Shown here one piece after another: positions 8,564 through 17,942 of a stretch of DNA of 64,000 nt. The DNA lies in contig CAYZXT010000009.1 of assembly GCA_964482515.1 (NCBI GenBank), forward strand, positions 16,251 through 80,250, given 5' to 3'. Both the position numbers and the translations under genes were made by a program. Under the pieces are notes generated by a model that saw only the letters and a program-made list of their open reading frames with translations, did not search any database and was not told the origin of the DNA. Every line of letters begins with the position of its first letter. The stretch's first letter is position 1. This DNA comes from an uncultured Elusimicrobia bacterium (GTDB taxonomy: Bacteria; Elusimicrobiota; Elusimicrobia; FEN-1173).

Positions 8564-9322
8564 ATGAATCGTAGAACAACCATTTCATCCTGTATTAACG
8601 GTCTTATTTTCGTTGCGGTTTTTTTTAGCCCGCTCCGTGGGGAAGAGATGAAGCTCACGCCCAGCCTGGGCTACGAATACGTCACCGGCCTGCACGGTTA
8701 CTACTCCCACGGCGCTACCGGCGGCCTGGCCTTCGCGCTGCCGAACCGCGACCGTTTCTCGGCCTACTTCTCCGTCCTGAAGGACCGGGACTACAGCCGG
8801 ATGCATTCCTTCAACTTCCAATATAAGAAGCGCATGGACCCGGACTGGAAGATCGGCGCTGGGCTGCTGCGCTCCAGCGGAAAAATAAAAGGGAGCGACG
8901 ACGACGGCGATTCGACCTCGCTCGATCTGAAATCCATCCACGCGCTGACGGACGCGATCGAGGGCACTTTGGGGTACCGCTACACGCGCGGTGTCCTGAC
9001 TGTTTTCCAGATGCGCGAAGTCGCGACCGGCGTGTCGGGGACGCGGATCGAGCCCTTCGAGGACCAAAACAAATTCAAGTCCCACACCTTCTCCGGCATT
9101 CTGGACCATTGGGCGCTTCTGGGGACCCGCAGCCTGTTCAGCGCCGTCACCCTGTCCGCCACCTATCACGGCTACGACGATTCCTGGACGCTGACCGAGG
9201 GGATTGAAGCTTCCTACGAATGGATGAAGGATTTGTTCGGAGGCGTCGCCTACACGCTGGCCCAGAACAAGGAGCGCGAAGAGGGCCGGTACGTCAGCTT
9301 CTCTCTCACGAAATACTTTTAG
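8564..9322 (+). CDS. Outer membrane beta-barrel protein of unknown function
   Basis: N-terminal hydrophobic signal, alternating beta-strand pattern, C-terminal ...VSFSLTKYF. Confidence 0.45.
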   Translation: MNRRTTISSCINGLIFVAVFFSPLRGEEMKLTPSLGYEYVTGLHGYYSHGATGGLAFALPNRDRFSAYFSVLKDRDYSRMHSFNFQYKKRMDPDWKIGAGLLRSSGKIKGSDDDGDSTSLDLKSIHALTDAIEGTLGYRYTRGVLTVFQMREVATGVSGTRIEPFEDQNKFKSHTFSGILDHWALLGTRSLFSAVTLSATYHGYDDSWTLTEGIEASYEWMKDLFGGVAYTLAQNKEREEGRYVSFSLTKYF

Positions 9323-9491
9323 TTCCCGACGGGGTTTTTCCGCAAAAAGCCGATCCGTCTCTTTCGTCCATGAAACCTTCGCGCGTTCGGCCGGAAGACC
9401 GACCTTCTGGATTTGGATTAGGGGTAAGGCGGGCGCCCTACCTTTGAAGCTGCGTTTGAACGTCGCGGAACGGAACGTCCTGCGGCGTTTT

Positions 9492-10979
9492 TTATTTTTG
9501 GGGCTTCTTGAGGATGATGTAGGAAACGGCGCAGCGGTTGCGGCGGCGTCCGGCTTCCGTGTCGTTGCCGGCGAGAGGACGTTTTTCGCCGAAGCCCTTG
9601 GCCACCAGGCGCTTCGGGTCGATCTTGTAGTTGTTGATGAGATATTTCCGCACCACGTTGGCGCGGTGGCGCGAGAGCCTCATGTTGAAGCCGGCGGGAC
9701 CGTCGCTGCTGGCGTGGCCCTCGATGAAGGCCTTCGCCTCCGGGTGGGCCTTGAGGAAGGCTGCGATCTTCTTCAAATGGTCGTGCCACTCCGGCCGGAT
9801 CTTGAACTTGTTCTTTTCGAACTGCACGTAGAGGACGGCCTGCGTGCCGGCCGCCTTGACGGCGGTCCAGCCGGCGGGCGGCGAGAGCGTGGGCTTGGGC
9901 GCCGGTTTTGACGGCGCCGCTCCAGGCGGGGGCGTCGCGGGCGCGGGCGGGGCGAAGCCGGGGATGGTCCGCACGGGCGCGGTGGAAATGGCGGGTTCCT
10001 CTTCGTCTCCCATCGCTTCTTCCAGGGCGGCGGCGCTTGCCGTGGACGTTTCGATCATCTCCATGCCGTTCGCGGCGGCGGTGGATTCCGCGATTTCCTC
10101 CGGCTCGGGTTCCTCCTTGACCTGCTTCTTCCTGTAGCCGAAACGGTGGGCGACGAAAACGCTTGTGGCCAGGGCGTGCCATTCGCTCTTGCCCGCGCCC
10201 GCTTTCGCGAAATAGAAATAATCGCCGGACAGCCCGACGGAAAGGTGCCGCGTGACGAAGGACTCGATCCCCAGTCCGGCGCGCCCGGAAATGTTCTTGA
10301 GCGACTTCGAATCCGGGCCGCTCCCGGTCCCGAGCCCGAAGGACACCAGCGGCGTCCACTTCTCCCAGGGCTGCAGCACGCGCGTCGCCGCGAGGTGCAC
10401 GGCCTTGGCGCGGGCCGAACCTTTCATAGAAAGTTCGGCGTAGGAAACCCCGGCGCGCCAGCGCGGGGCCGTCGCGTAGGTGAACCCGCCCTGCCACTGG
10501 GTCTTGCCGTTGGTCGTGCGCTGGACCGCGCGGGGCCCGACGACGCTGACGGCGCCGCCCCCGATCCAGGTCCGCCACTTCGCGTTCGACGGCGGCTCCC
10601 ACTCCGGTTTTTCTTCCTTCCGCTTTTTCTTCTTCGCTTCCAGCGCGGCTTTCTTCTTGGCCTTCGCCGCGGCTTCCTCTTCCTTGCTGAGCGCGGGTTT
10701 CTCCGGCGCGACCGCTTCCTTCTTCACGGGAACCGCGGTTTGCTCCGGCGCGGGAGCATTGTTTTTCTGGAGATCTTTTTTCGCGGGGACCGGGGTCTTC
10801 TCTTGCACGGCGGGAGCGGCCTGGGCGGGCGCGGGCTCCTCGGGCTGTTCGACATCGTCCACCAGGGGCGCCGCGTCCCCGTCCGACGGGTCGAACCATT
10901 CCTCGCCGGTGATGGGCACGTCGAAGGAATCGGATTCGGCGGCGCGGAGCCCGGCGCAGGCGAAGACCGCCAGCAACAT
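9492..10979 (-). CDS. OmpA-family outer membrane protein (beta-barrel plus C-terminal OmpA peptidoglycan-binding domain, with a K/A/E/P-rich low-complexity linker)
   Basis: The C-terminal FEKNKFKIRPEWHDHLKKIAAFLKAHPEAKAFIEGHASSDGPAGFNMRLSRHRANVVRKYL...RRNRC is the OmpA_C motif. Signal MLLAVFACAGLRA starts at the ATG at 10979; an alternative GTG at 11012 is possible. The longer ORFs 9418..11589 and 9492..11294 are over-extended. Confidence 0.7.
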   Translation of the reverse strand: MLLAVFACAGLRAAESDSFDVPITGEEWFDPSDGDAAPLVDDVEQPEEPAPAQAAPAVQEKTPVPAKKDLQKNNAPAPEQTAVPVKKEAVAPEKPALSKEEEAAAKAKKKAALEAKKKKRKEEKPEWEPPSNAKWRTWIGGGAVSVVGPRAVQRTTNGKTQWQGGFTYATAPRWRAGVSYAELSMKGSARAKAVHLAATRVLQPWEKWTPLVSFGLGTGSGPDSKSLKNISGRAGLGIESFVTRHLSVGLSGDYFYFAKAGAGKSEWHALATSVFVAHRFGYRKKQVKEEPEPEEIAESTAAANGMEMIETSTASAAALEEAMGDEEEPAISTAPVRTIPGFAPPAPATPPPGAAPSKPAPKPTLSPPAGWTAVKAAGTQAVLYVQFEKNKFKIRPEWHDHLKKIAAFLKAHPEAKAFIEGHASSDGPAGFNMRLSRHRANVVRKYLINNYKIDPKRLVAKGFGEKRPLAGNDTEAGRRRNRCAVSYIILKKPQK

Positions 10980-11005
10980 TAAGAGGACCGCGCGGCGGAG
11001 GAGGG

Positions 11006-11932
11006 CTACCACAGGCGCTGCCTCCCGAACCGGAGCGTGAGCGAAAGCCGGTGCGTTTGCCCCGCGTCGAAATCGCCCATGGGCACCCAGGCGTAATCCA
11101 TGTCGAAGGTTTCCCAGCGCCAGCCCCAGCCGGCGCTGATCCCCAAAGTGTTGGAGGTCTTCTCGGTGCGCGTGAGGTAGCCGGCGCGGAGGAAGAAGGC
11201 GCCGCGCACGCTGGAGAAGACCTTGTATTCCGAGCCGAGGCTGAAGGCGTTGCCCGCTTCCTGGGAGACGTCGGCGTCGAGGGCCACGATCCACGGCAGC
11301 TTGGGCCGCCAGGACGATCCGATCCGCAGGCTGCGGGGCAGCGGGCTGGCTTCGCGGTCGAACTGCAGCGCCTGGCCCACGTTGCGCACCGACAGCGCCG
11401 CGCCCCAGCGCAGCCGCTGATAGGAAATCCCCGCGTCCGCGGCCATGGCGGCGGCGGTGTCGACGATCTTGGACTGCACCATCTTCCCGGCCACGCCGAA
11501 GGCCAGCCTTCGCCCGAGCGTGTGGCTCCAGCCCACGGCGTAGGCCGTGTCGACGGGGGAGAAGCGCCCGAGCTCCCGGCCCGTGTCATCGGTCCGGCGG
11601 ATGGACGGATAAATCAGGGTCTGGGCGGAGAGCCCGAAGGTCCCGAGGCCCGTGGGGGCCGCGATGGAAAGGGATTGCTGCTGCAGCGAGGCGACGTATG
11701 CGCCGTACATGAAGGAGGCGGAGGGGCTCTTCATGCGGGCCAGCCCCGCCGGGTTCCAGAACATGGCGTTGGAATCATCGACGACGGCGGCCGCGGTCTG
11801 GCCCATGGCCACGTAGCGCGCGCCGACCCCCATGGTCAGGAATTCGAGGGAGGTGGACCCGGCCCCGCCCGCCGCCCGGACGGAGTCCGCCGCGAAGAGC
11901 AGGACGGCGAGGGCGAGGGAAAGGCGGCGCAT
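11006..11932 (-). CDS. PorV/PorQ-family outer membrane protein (T9SS shuttle-like, FadL-type barrel)
   Basis: Signal peptide, then GARYVAMGQTAAAVVDDSNAMFWNPAGLA, which matches the PorV/PorQ N-terminal signature (GxRxxxMGGAxxAxxDDxxAxFWNPAGLA). The C-terminus is aromatic. Confidence 0.55.
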   Translation of the reverse strand: MRRLSLALAVLLFAADSVRAAGGAGSTSLEFLTMGVGARYVAMGQTAAAVVDDSNAMFWNPAGLARMKSPSASFMYGAYVASLQQQSLSIAAPTGLGTFGLSAQTLIYPSIRRTDDTGRELGRFSPVDTAYAVGWSHTLGRRLAFGVAGKMVQSKIVDTAAAMAADAGISYQRLRWGAALSVRNVGQALQFDREASPLPRSLRIGSSWRPKLPWIVALDADVSQEAGNAFSLGSEYKVFSSVRGAFFLRAGYLTRTEKTSNTLGISAGWGWRWETFDMDYAWVPMGDFDAGQTHRLSLTLRFGRQRLW

Positions 11933-11935
11933 CGG

Positions 11936-12868
11936 TTACCTTTGCACGGCGAGCTGCGTCGTGTGCTTCTCGCCGCCGCTGCGCAGGATCGCCAGGTAGA
12001 TGCCGCTGGCGACGAGGGTGCCTTCGTCGTTCCGCGTGTCCCACACCGCGAGCCCGGACGAGTCCGCGGTGAGCTCGCGCACCGCCCGGCCCGTGATCGT
12101 GTAGATTTCAATCTTGGCGCCGGCCGGGATGTTCGTGATCCGCATGATCGTGTCGCCGTTCTTCGGCATGAAGGGGTTGGGGTAGACGAAGGGATCGCCC
12201 ACGCCCGCGCCCGGCAAAACTTCCAGCGCGCGCAGGATCCCGACGGCGGGGGTCTTGACGGTGATCGTATCCGCCGCGGCGTCCCGCGTCGCGTTGTCGA
12301 AGGCGAGCCAGCGCGTTTCCTCCGGCAGGTAGCGCTGCAGGGACAGCCGCGACTCGTCCGTCACGCCGCCCAGCGCGGAGGCGTTGTAGAAGAACTCGTA
12401 GGTGATGGCGCGGCCCGGCGTGGCGACCGGCACGGTCCGGGTGCGGACGCCGATGGGCGTGCCGATGATCTGGTTCGTCCGTGAGACCGCGTCGGGGTAC
12501 GTCGCGGGGATGTCGGCGAGGAAGGTGACGCTCTGGGAGTAGGTCCCCGCCGGGACCGTGATGCAGACGCGGCCGAAGGTACGCTCCAGGCAGAAATAGT
12601 TGTCGACCGTGTTGTCCAGGTCGATGATGTCCGTCGAAATGGATTCGAAGCCGAGCAGCGCCTGCATGAACCCGACGCCGAGGACGTAGTTCCCGGTGGA
12701 GAGTAGGTTGGCGGAAGCGGGCTGGCTGACGCTCGCCGTCAGGCGGTAGGACGCCGACGCCGCCGCTCCGCCGCCGGCTCCCGCGTTCAGGGCGGGCTTG
12801 TTGTCGGCCGCGAAGGCGGGCCCGAACATCAGGGCCGGGAGAATCAGGATCAGAAATAATTTCTTCAT
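11936..12868 (-). CDS. Secreted protein with a T9SS type-A C-terminal sorting domain (CTD)
   Basis: The C-terminal VYPNPFMPKNGDTIMRITNIPAGAKIEIYTITGRAVRELTADSSGLAVWDTRNDEGTLVASGIYLAILRSGGEKHTTQLAVQR matches the Por-secretion CTD pattern (YPNPF...I.I...GR.V......W.G.N..G..VASGIY...). It has an N-terminal signal peptide. Confidence 0.55.
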   Translation of the reverse strand: MKKLFLILILPALMFGPAFAADNKPALNAGAGGGAAASASYRLTASVSQPASANLLSTGNYVLGVGFMQALLGFESISTDIIDLDNTVDNYFCLERTFGRVCITVPAGTYSQSVTFLADIPATYPDAVSRTNQIIGTPIGVRTRTVPVATPGRAITYEFFYNASALGGVTDESRLSLQRYLPEETRWLAFDNATRDAAADTITVKTPAVGILRALEVLPGAGVGDPFVYPNPFMPKNGDTIMRITNIPAGAKIEIYTITGRAVRELTADSSGLAVWDTRNDEGTLVASGIYLAILRSGGEKHTTQLAVQR

Positions 12869-12890
12869 GAAGATCCTATGAAGCGGTCGT

Positions 12891-14150
12891 TTACTTTCCC
12901 GCCGCTTTTTCCAGTTCCGCGACCCGCGCGGAAAGTGCGTCGTGCTCCGCGCTCAGTTCCTTGATCGCGTTCAGCATGCTCCACAAAATCGGATCGCTCC
13001 CGAGGGTCAGGTAGCCGTTGGACGTGGTGCGCACCGCTTCCGGGATCACCTTCTGCACGTCCTGGGCGATGAACCCCACGTTTTCCGCGTCGCTCGGGAT
13101 GCGCAGGGGGTTGTCCGCCTTGTAGCGGTAGCGGACCGGGTTCAGCTGGAGGACTTCCCGCAGGCCGTAGGTGAAGGGCCCGGTGACGTCTTTCAGCCGC
13201 GCGTCGGAAAAGGTCTGCCAGGTCCCGCCGCCCGCCTTGCTGGCGTCGCCGTTGACGCTCAGCGCGAAGTCGGGCGAGACCGTGCCGATGCCGACCCGCC
13301 GGTTGGTGATGACGAAGGTGTCGTCGCCGATGGTCACGTAGGGGTCCGCGCCGTCGATGATGAACCCGCCGGAGCTGATGTGCAGCTTGGCGGCGGGCGT
13401 TGGCGTGCCGATCCCCACCATGCCGCCGGTCACCACGAAGGTGCTGAGCCCGACGCTCATGGCGCTGCCCTGCACCGTGAGGGTGGAAGCGCCCACGAGC
13501 GTCAATTGGGTCGCGTCCACGGGAGGCAGCAGGACGCCCGGCAAAAGCCGGACGAGCTGGTCGGGGCCGTTGAAGGTGTTGCCCTGCATGGTGAAGGTGT
13601 CCGTGTCGATGTCCACGTCCACGCCGTCGGGGTCCGCGCTGACCACGACCTTGAAGCGGTTGGTGAAGTTGATGAAGCTGACGTCCGGGTGGACGTTGCC
13701 GCCGTTCAGCCGGATCCCCAGGGGGTTCAGGAGCCCGGGCAGCGTGGTGACGGAGGAGGGGATGTCGGCGATCTTGTCCCACCGCACCGACAGGGCGCTG
13801 GGGGCCGACGACAACGGGTAGCGCGGTGAGATCACCTGGCCCTCGATGGCCACCTGCAGCCACTTGTCGTCGGAGAAATCGATGGTGCCGAGGGCCTGGT
13901 TGACGGAGCCGAGGAGCACGCTGTAGACGCCGTTCTCGTCCGGCGTCACGGTCTGGGTCTCGGTGAAAAGGGCCGTTCCGCCCGTGGCCGCGCCCCAGAG
14001 GGTGAAGACCACGGACGTGGGCGCCGTGATCGGAATGCCGTCGCCGTCGACCAGCCGGCCCTGGAAGTTGAAGGTCTCCAGCAGCGCGTGGGCGGGCAGC
14101 GCCGCGGCGAAGAGCAGGGAAAAGAAAAGCAGGGATTTGGATAGTCTCAC
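12891..14150 (-). CDS. Secreted tail-fibre-like protein with a C-terminal peptidase S74 intramolecular chaperone autoprocessing domain (paralog 1)
   Basis: The C-terminal GGTWQTFSDARLKDVTGPF...LNPVRYRYKADNPL...VGFIAQDVQKVIPEAV...GYLTLGSDPILWSMLNAIKELSAEHDALSARVAELE is the endosialidase-type S74 CIMCD motif (SDxRxK). Signal MRLSKSLLFFSLLFAAALPAHA. Confidence 0.65.
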   Translation of the reverse strand: MRLSKSLLFFSLLFAAALPAHALLETFNFQGRLVDGDGIPITAPTSVVFTLWGAATGGTALFTETQTVTPDENGVYSVLLGSVNQALGTIDFSDDKWLQVAIEGQVISPRYPLSSAPSALSVRWDKIADIPSSVTTLPGLLNPLGIRLNGGNVHPDVSFINFTNRFKVVVSADPDGVDVDIDTDTFTMQGNTFNGPDQLVRLLPGVLLPPVDATQLTLVGASTLTVQGSAMSVGLSTFVVTGGMVGIGTPTPAAKLHISSGGFIIDGADPYVTIGDDTFVITNRRVGIGTVSPDFALSVNGDASKAGGGTWQTFSDARLKDVTGPFTYGLREVLQLNPVRYRYKADNPLRIPSDAENVGFIAQDVQKVIPEAVRTTSNGYLTLGSDPILWSMLNAIKELSAEHDALSARVAELEKAAGK

Positions 14151-14164
14151 GAAACGGCCTCCGT

Positions 14165-15475
14165 CTAACGATTTCTCAAAAGTTCAAGTTGCGCGATCCG
14201 GGCCTTCAGAGCCTCGTTGCGCGCGCTCATCTCTTTGATCGCGTTCAGCATGCTCCACAAAATGGGGTCGCTCCCGAGGGAGAGATAACCGTTCGGGGCG
14301 TCGCGCACCGCCTCGGGGACCACGTCCCGCACGTCCTGGGCGATGAACCCGATGTTGTCTTTGTCGGACGGCAGGTTCAGGGGGTTCCCCGCCTTGTAGC
14401 GGTAGCGGACGGGGTTCAATCGGAGGACGTCGTCCAGGGAATGGGAAAATGGCCCCGTGACGTCTTTCAGCCGCGCGTCGGAAAAAGTCTGCCAGGTCCC
14501 GCCGCCCGTCTTGCTCGCGTCCCCGTTGACGGCGAGGGTGACGTCCGGCGACGCGGTGCCCATGCCGACGCGCCGGTTGGTGACCACGAAGGTCTGGTCG
14601 TTGATGTTCACGAAGGGATCGGCGCCGTCCAGGATGAACCCGCCGGAGCTGATGTGCAGTTTCGCCAAGGGCGCGGTTCTCCCGACCCCCACCATGCCGC
14701 CGCGCACCGTGAAGTCGTCCCCCGCCACGCTCATGGCGGCGCCCCGCACCGTGAGGGTGGACGCCAGCAGCGTCAGCGACTGCGCGTTCAGGGAAGGCAG
14801 GGCGCCGGCGCCGTTCAGTTGCAGGAGTTGGTTGGACCCGTTGAACGTGTTTCCCTGCAGGGTCGCCGAGGACGAGTTCATCTCAATGTCGATGGTCCAG
14901 TAGGGCGGCCCGAGCGGAGAGGTCTGCGGCGAGAAGATGGTGGAGAAGTTGAGGAACCCAGGGTCCAGGTGGACGGTGGCGCCGTTCAGCTGGACGTAGA
15001 CGTCCCGCTGCAGTCCCGATCCGTAAAGGTGTTGAGGGGGAACGCCCGAGACGGCCTGCCATTCGGCGGAGAGGGCGTTGGGGACCGACGACAGGGACAG
15101 CCGCGGGGCGAGGACCTCTCCCTCCACGTTCACCTCGAGCCAGGTGTCCGATCCGAAGTAGACGCCCGTCAGCGTTTGGTTGAGGGACCCGATGAGGGCG
15201 GTGTAGACCCCGTTGGCGTCGGGGGCGACGGTGTGGGTCTCCGTGTAGACGGCGAACTCCTCCTTTTGCAGCGAAACCTCCGCCGTCGACGACTTCCAGA
15301 GGCTGAAGATCACGGTCCGCGGGGTCGAGACCGGGTCGCCGGCGCTGTCGGTCAGGCGGCCCTGGAAATTGAAATGGGGCGTAAAGGCGGCGGAGGCGGG
15401 GACGGCGAGGGCGAAAAGCGCGAAGAACAACAGCGATTTGGAAATTTTCAAGACGGTATCTCCGGTGTCGCGCAA
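14165..15475 (-). CDS. Secreted tail-fibre-like protein with a C-terminal S74 chaperone domain (paralog 2); TTG start
   Basis: Same architecture and an FSDARLKDVTGPF...LNPVRYRYKAGNPL... C-terminus as 12891..14150. It shares near-identical nucleotide tracts with paralog 1. Confidence 0.65.
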   Translation of the reverse strand: MRDTGDTVLKISKSLLFFALFALAVPASAAFTPHFNFQGRLTDSAGDPVSTPRTVIFSLWKSSTAEVSLQKEEFAVYTETHTVAPDANGVYTALIGSLNQTLTGVYFGSDTWLEVNVEGEVLAPRLSLSSVPNALSAEWQAVSGVPPQHLYGSGLQRDVYVQLNGATVHLDPGFLNFSTIFSPQTSPLGPPYWTIDIEMNSSSATLQGNTFNGSNQLLQLNGAGALPSLNAQSLTLLASTLTVRGAAMSVAGDDFTVRGGMVGVGRTAPLAKLHISSGGFILDGADPFVNINDQTFVVTNRRVGMGTASPDVTLAVNGDASKTGGGTWQTFSDARLKDVTGPFSHSLDDVLRLNPVRYRYKAGNPLNLPSDKDNIGFIAQDVRDVVPEAVRDAPNGYLSLGSDPILWSMLNAIKEMSARNEALKARIAQLELLRNR

Positions 15476-15622
15476 AGTGTGGTCCCCCGGGAAAGCGCCG
15501 GACGGGCGGTTGCGGGGCGAGCTGTATAAATATGTGCCTAGAAATGAATAAATTCAACGATTTGTTGATTTTGTTTGGGGGAGGGGGGCGGCGGGTTCGT
15601 GAATTCGGGAACGAACGGCGGA

Positions 15623-16669
15623 TTACTTTTTTATGTAGACCTGGATTCCTTCGGAGAGGGCGGAGAAGAGGATTTGGAGGGCGTAGCTGAGCAGGGCGAT
15701 CACCACGATCACGATCAGCGTCATCAACTGTTCCATGCCGGCGTAGTTCGACACGAAGATCAACAGGGAAACGAACCCGGCGATCAGGCCCGTGGCCGCC
15801 GACAGCCGGCTGAGGAACCGCAGCATCTCGCTGACCTGCTGCAGGGTGCCGAAGGGGGAGAGGTTCAGCTTCTCGGGCGGGGCGGATTCCTGCAAAACGC
15901 TGCCGCAGGACGTGCAATACCAGGACGCCAGCCCGTTGTTGGCGTGGCAGCGGTCGCAGGTCTTGTGGTCGAGCTTGCCCACGAAGCGGCGCCGGAAGAT
16001 GAAGAAGCGCTCCGCCGTCGCGATGGCCGACCAGAGCGACAGTCCGATGATCCCGCCCAGCACGGCCTCGCTCAGCCGCCGCAGGACCCAGGAATCCATG
16101 GCCACGGTCTGGATCAAATAAACGTGGAACGAGGACCCGAGGTAGGCGCCGATGCCCCCGCCCAGAAACCCGCTGGCCACGCCCCAGAAGATTTTGTCCG
16201 CCCGCTTCTCCCACCAGGCGCTCACGGTGCCGATGGCCGCGCCCGCGATGGCCCAGTAAAGGAAGATCAGCCAGGGGATGAAGTCCGGCCCCAGGCGCGT
16301 CTGCAACAGTTGGAAGATCAGCCCGCCGGCGAGCCCGCCCAGTCCGCCTACCAGCGCGCCCCGGACGGTCTTCGGCGTGGACTCCTCCACCATGCCGTCC
16401 ACCGAACCCAGGAACGCCCCGCCCATGAGCCCCGTCAACCCGTAGATCGAATAGCCCGAGCCCGTCTGCGACAGGATGCGGGCCACCATGGGGATGAAGA
16501 ACCAGGCGATGACGCCGGCGGTCGAGCCCGCGCAGGCGCGGCGCAGGATCCAGTGCAGGTGGCCGCGGAACTTGGCGGCGGCGAAGGAGACGGGGTTGAA
16601 GGCCATGCGGCAGCGGCCGCAGTAGTTCAGCTGGATCGGGTTTTCATGGTCGCAGGAGGGGCATTTCAT
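15623..16669 (-). CDS. Polytopic membrane protein with two zinc-ribbon-like CxxC...CxxC motifs
   Basis: MKCPSCDHENPIQLNYCGRCRM at the N-terminus and CDRCHANNGLASWYCTSCGS internally. Multiple Gly-rich TM helices. Confidence 0.45.
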   Translation of the reverse strand: MKCPSCDHENPIQLNYCGRCRMAFNPVSFAAAKFRGHLHWILRRACAGSTAGVIAWFFIPMVARILSQTGSGYSIYGLTGLMGGAFLGSVDGMVEESTPKTVRGALVGGLGGLAGGLIFQLLQTRLGPDFIPWLIFLYWAIAGAAIGTVSAWWEKRADKIFWGVASGFLGGGIGAYLGSSFHVYLIQTVAMDSWVLRRLSEAVLGGIIGLSLWSAIATAERFFIFRRRFVGKLDHKTCDRCHANNGLASWYCTSCGSVLQESAPPEKLNLSPFGTLQQVSEMLRFLSRLSAATGLIAGFVSLLIFVSNYAGMEQLMTLIVIVVIALLSYALQILFSALSEGIQVYIKK

Positions 16670-16716
16670 CTCGAAGGATTTTTATCATATGCGTTGCCGC
16701 CAGGCAACGTGCCGGT

Positions 16717-16739
16717 CCTTGTCCGCTAGGCATGGTCCC
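16717..16739. repeat. Left copy of a 23-bp direct repeat (ccttgtccgctaggcatggtccc) flanking the YhcG plus S1/P1 nuclease gene pair
   Basis: The right copy ccttgccgctaggcatggtccc lies at 19005-19026. The two differ by one indel and sit 2.29 kb apart, enclosing exactly two genes. Confidence 0.6.
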
Positions 16740-16788
16740 GGTCTGTCGGATGGGATTGTCGGATGGCACAGGCCACGGGACAATTGGT

Positions 16789-16818
16789 AAAATTGTGCAG
16801 CAAGTTGCTGCACAATTT
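16789..16818. promoter_or_regulatory. 30-bp perfect palindrome (aaaattgtgcagcaa-g-ttgctgcacaattt), a candidate operator ~30 bp upstream of yhcG
   Basis: 14-bp perfect arms. It is preceded by a direct repeat tgtcggatgg-gat-tgtcggatgg at 16743-16768. Confidence 0.4.
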
Positions 16819-16847
16819 AAAACTGCCACAGCTTGCGGCAGAATTAG

Positions 16848-17942
16848 GTGAACATTATGCCGCGTCAGAAAAAATCCCATCCAATAGTGAAACAAGCTGC
16901 TTCATCATTTCCGATGCCCGTTGATTTGTTGTCGGACATTCGAGGGTTTATTGAGACAACCCGTTCCCGGACGGCGCAGGCCGTCAATGCCGCATTGGTC
17001 ATGCTCTATTGGCGCATCGGGCGGCGTATCCAAGACGATGTTCTTAAAAACAAGCGGGCCGGTTATGGGGAAGAGATTGTGCAGACACTGTCGACACAAT
17101 TGGTCCCTGAATTCGGGGAGGGATTTGGCAAGCGGGTTCTTTTTCGGATGATTCGGTTCGCCGAGGCTTTCCCGGACGAACAGATTGTGTCGACGCTGTC
17201 GACACAATTGGGATGGTCTCATTTTGTGGAAATCATTCCCTTGGACGATCCGCTCAAGCGGAATTTCTACGCCGAGATGTGTCGGCTGGAGGGCTGGAGC
17301 GTGCGGAAGTTGCGGGAGAAAATCAGCGGGATGCTTTTTGAGCGGACGGCCCTTTCTAAGAAACCCGCCAAACTCGCTGAGTTGGAGCTGAAGAAGCTTC
17401 GCGAAGAGGACAAGCTCACGCCGGACCTGGTTTTCCGGGACCCTTATTTCCTGGATTTTCTCGGTCTTAAAGGTGTGTATCTGGAAAAGGATTTGGAAGC
17501 CGCGATCTTGCGGGAGATGGAGACGTTCATCCTGGAGTTGGGGGCCGGTTTTTCCTTCGTCTCTCGGCAAAAACGCATCCAGATCGGCGGAGAGGATTTT
17601 TATTTGGACCTTTTGTTCTATCACCGTAAACTGCGCCGCCTCGTCGCCGTGGAATTGAAATTGGGGAAGTTTAAACCCCAGTTCAAAGGCCAGATGGAGC
17701 TTTACCTTCGCTGGCTGGACAAGCACGAACGGCAGTCCGGCGAAGAAGCGCCGCTCGGACTCATCCTTTGCGCGGACAAGTCCGACGAACAGGTGGAGTT
17801 GTTGCAACTTGAAAAGAGCGGCATTCGCGTTGCTCAATATATGACTGCCTTGCCGTCTCGAAAGGTATTGGAAAATAAACTCCACCAAGCCATCCGCCAT
17901 GCGCGGGAACGCTTGGAAACCATAAAAGAATCCGGCGATTAG
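16848..17942 (+). CDS. yhcG: YhcG-family nuclease (DUF1016 N-terminal domain plus PD-(D/E)xK restriction-endonuclease-like domain)
   Basis: YWRIGRRIQDD...GYGEEIVQTLSTQL...FG.GF...LF.M..F...F...LSWSH...L and a C-terminal FLDFLGL...GAGFSFVSRQKRIQIGGEDFYLDLLFYHRKLRRLVAVELKLGKF (D-E-K core). Confidence 0.75.
   Translation: MNIMPRQKKSHPIVKQAASSFPMPVDLLSDIRGFIETTRSRTAQAVNAALVMLYWRIGRRIQDDVLKNKRAGYGEEIVQTLSTQLVPEFGEGFGKRVLFRMIRFAEAFPDEQIVSTLSTQLGWSHFVEIIPLDDPLKRNFYAEMCRLEGWSVRKLREKISGMLFERTALSKKPAKLAELELKKLREEDKLTPDLVFRDPYFLDFLGLKGVYLEKDLEAAILREMETFILELGAGFSFVSRQKRIQIGGEDFYLDLLFYHRKLRRLVAVELKLGKFKPQFKGQMELYLRWLDKHERQSGEEAPLGLILCADKSDEQVELLQLEKSGIRVAQYMTALPSRKVLENKLHQAIRHARERLETIKESGD

Noticed and set aside
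9418-11589. 723-aa and 600-aa minus-strand ORFs (9418..11589, 9492..11294)
   Set aside because: These are over-extended or out-of-frame readings. The real OmpA-family gene starts at the signal peptide (ATG 10979). The upstream stretch overlaps the PorV-like gene in another frame and is Arg-rich nonsense.
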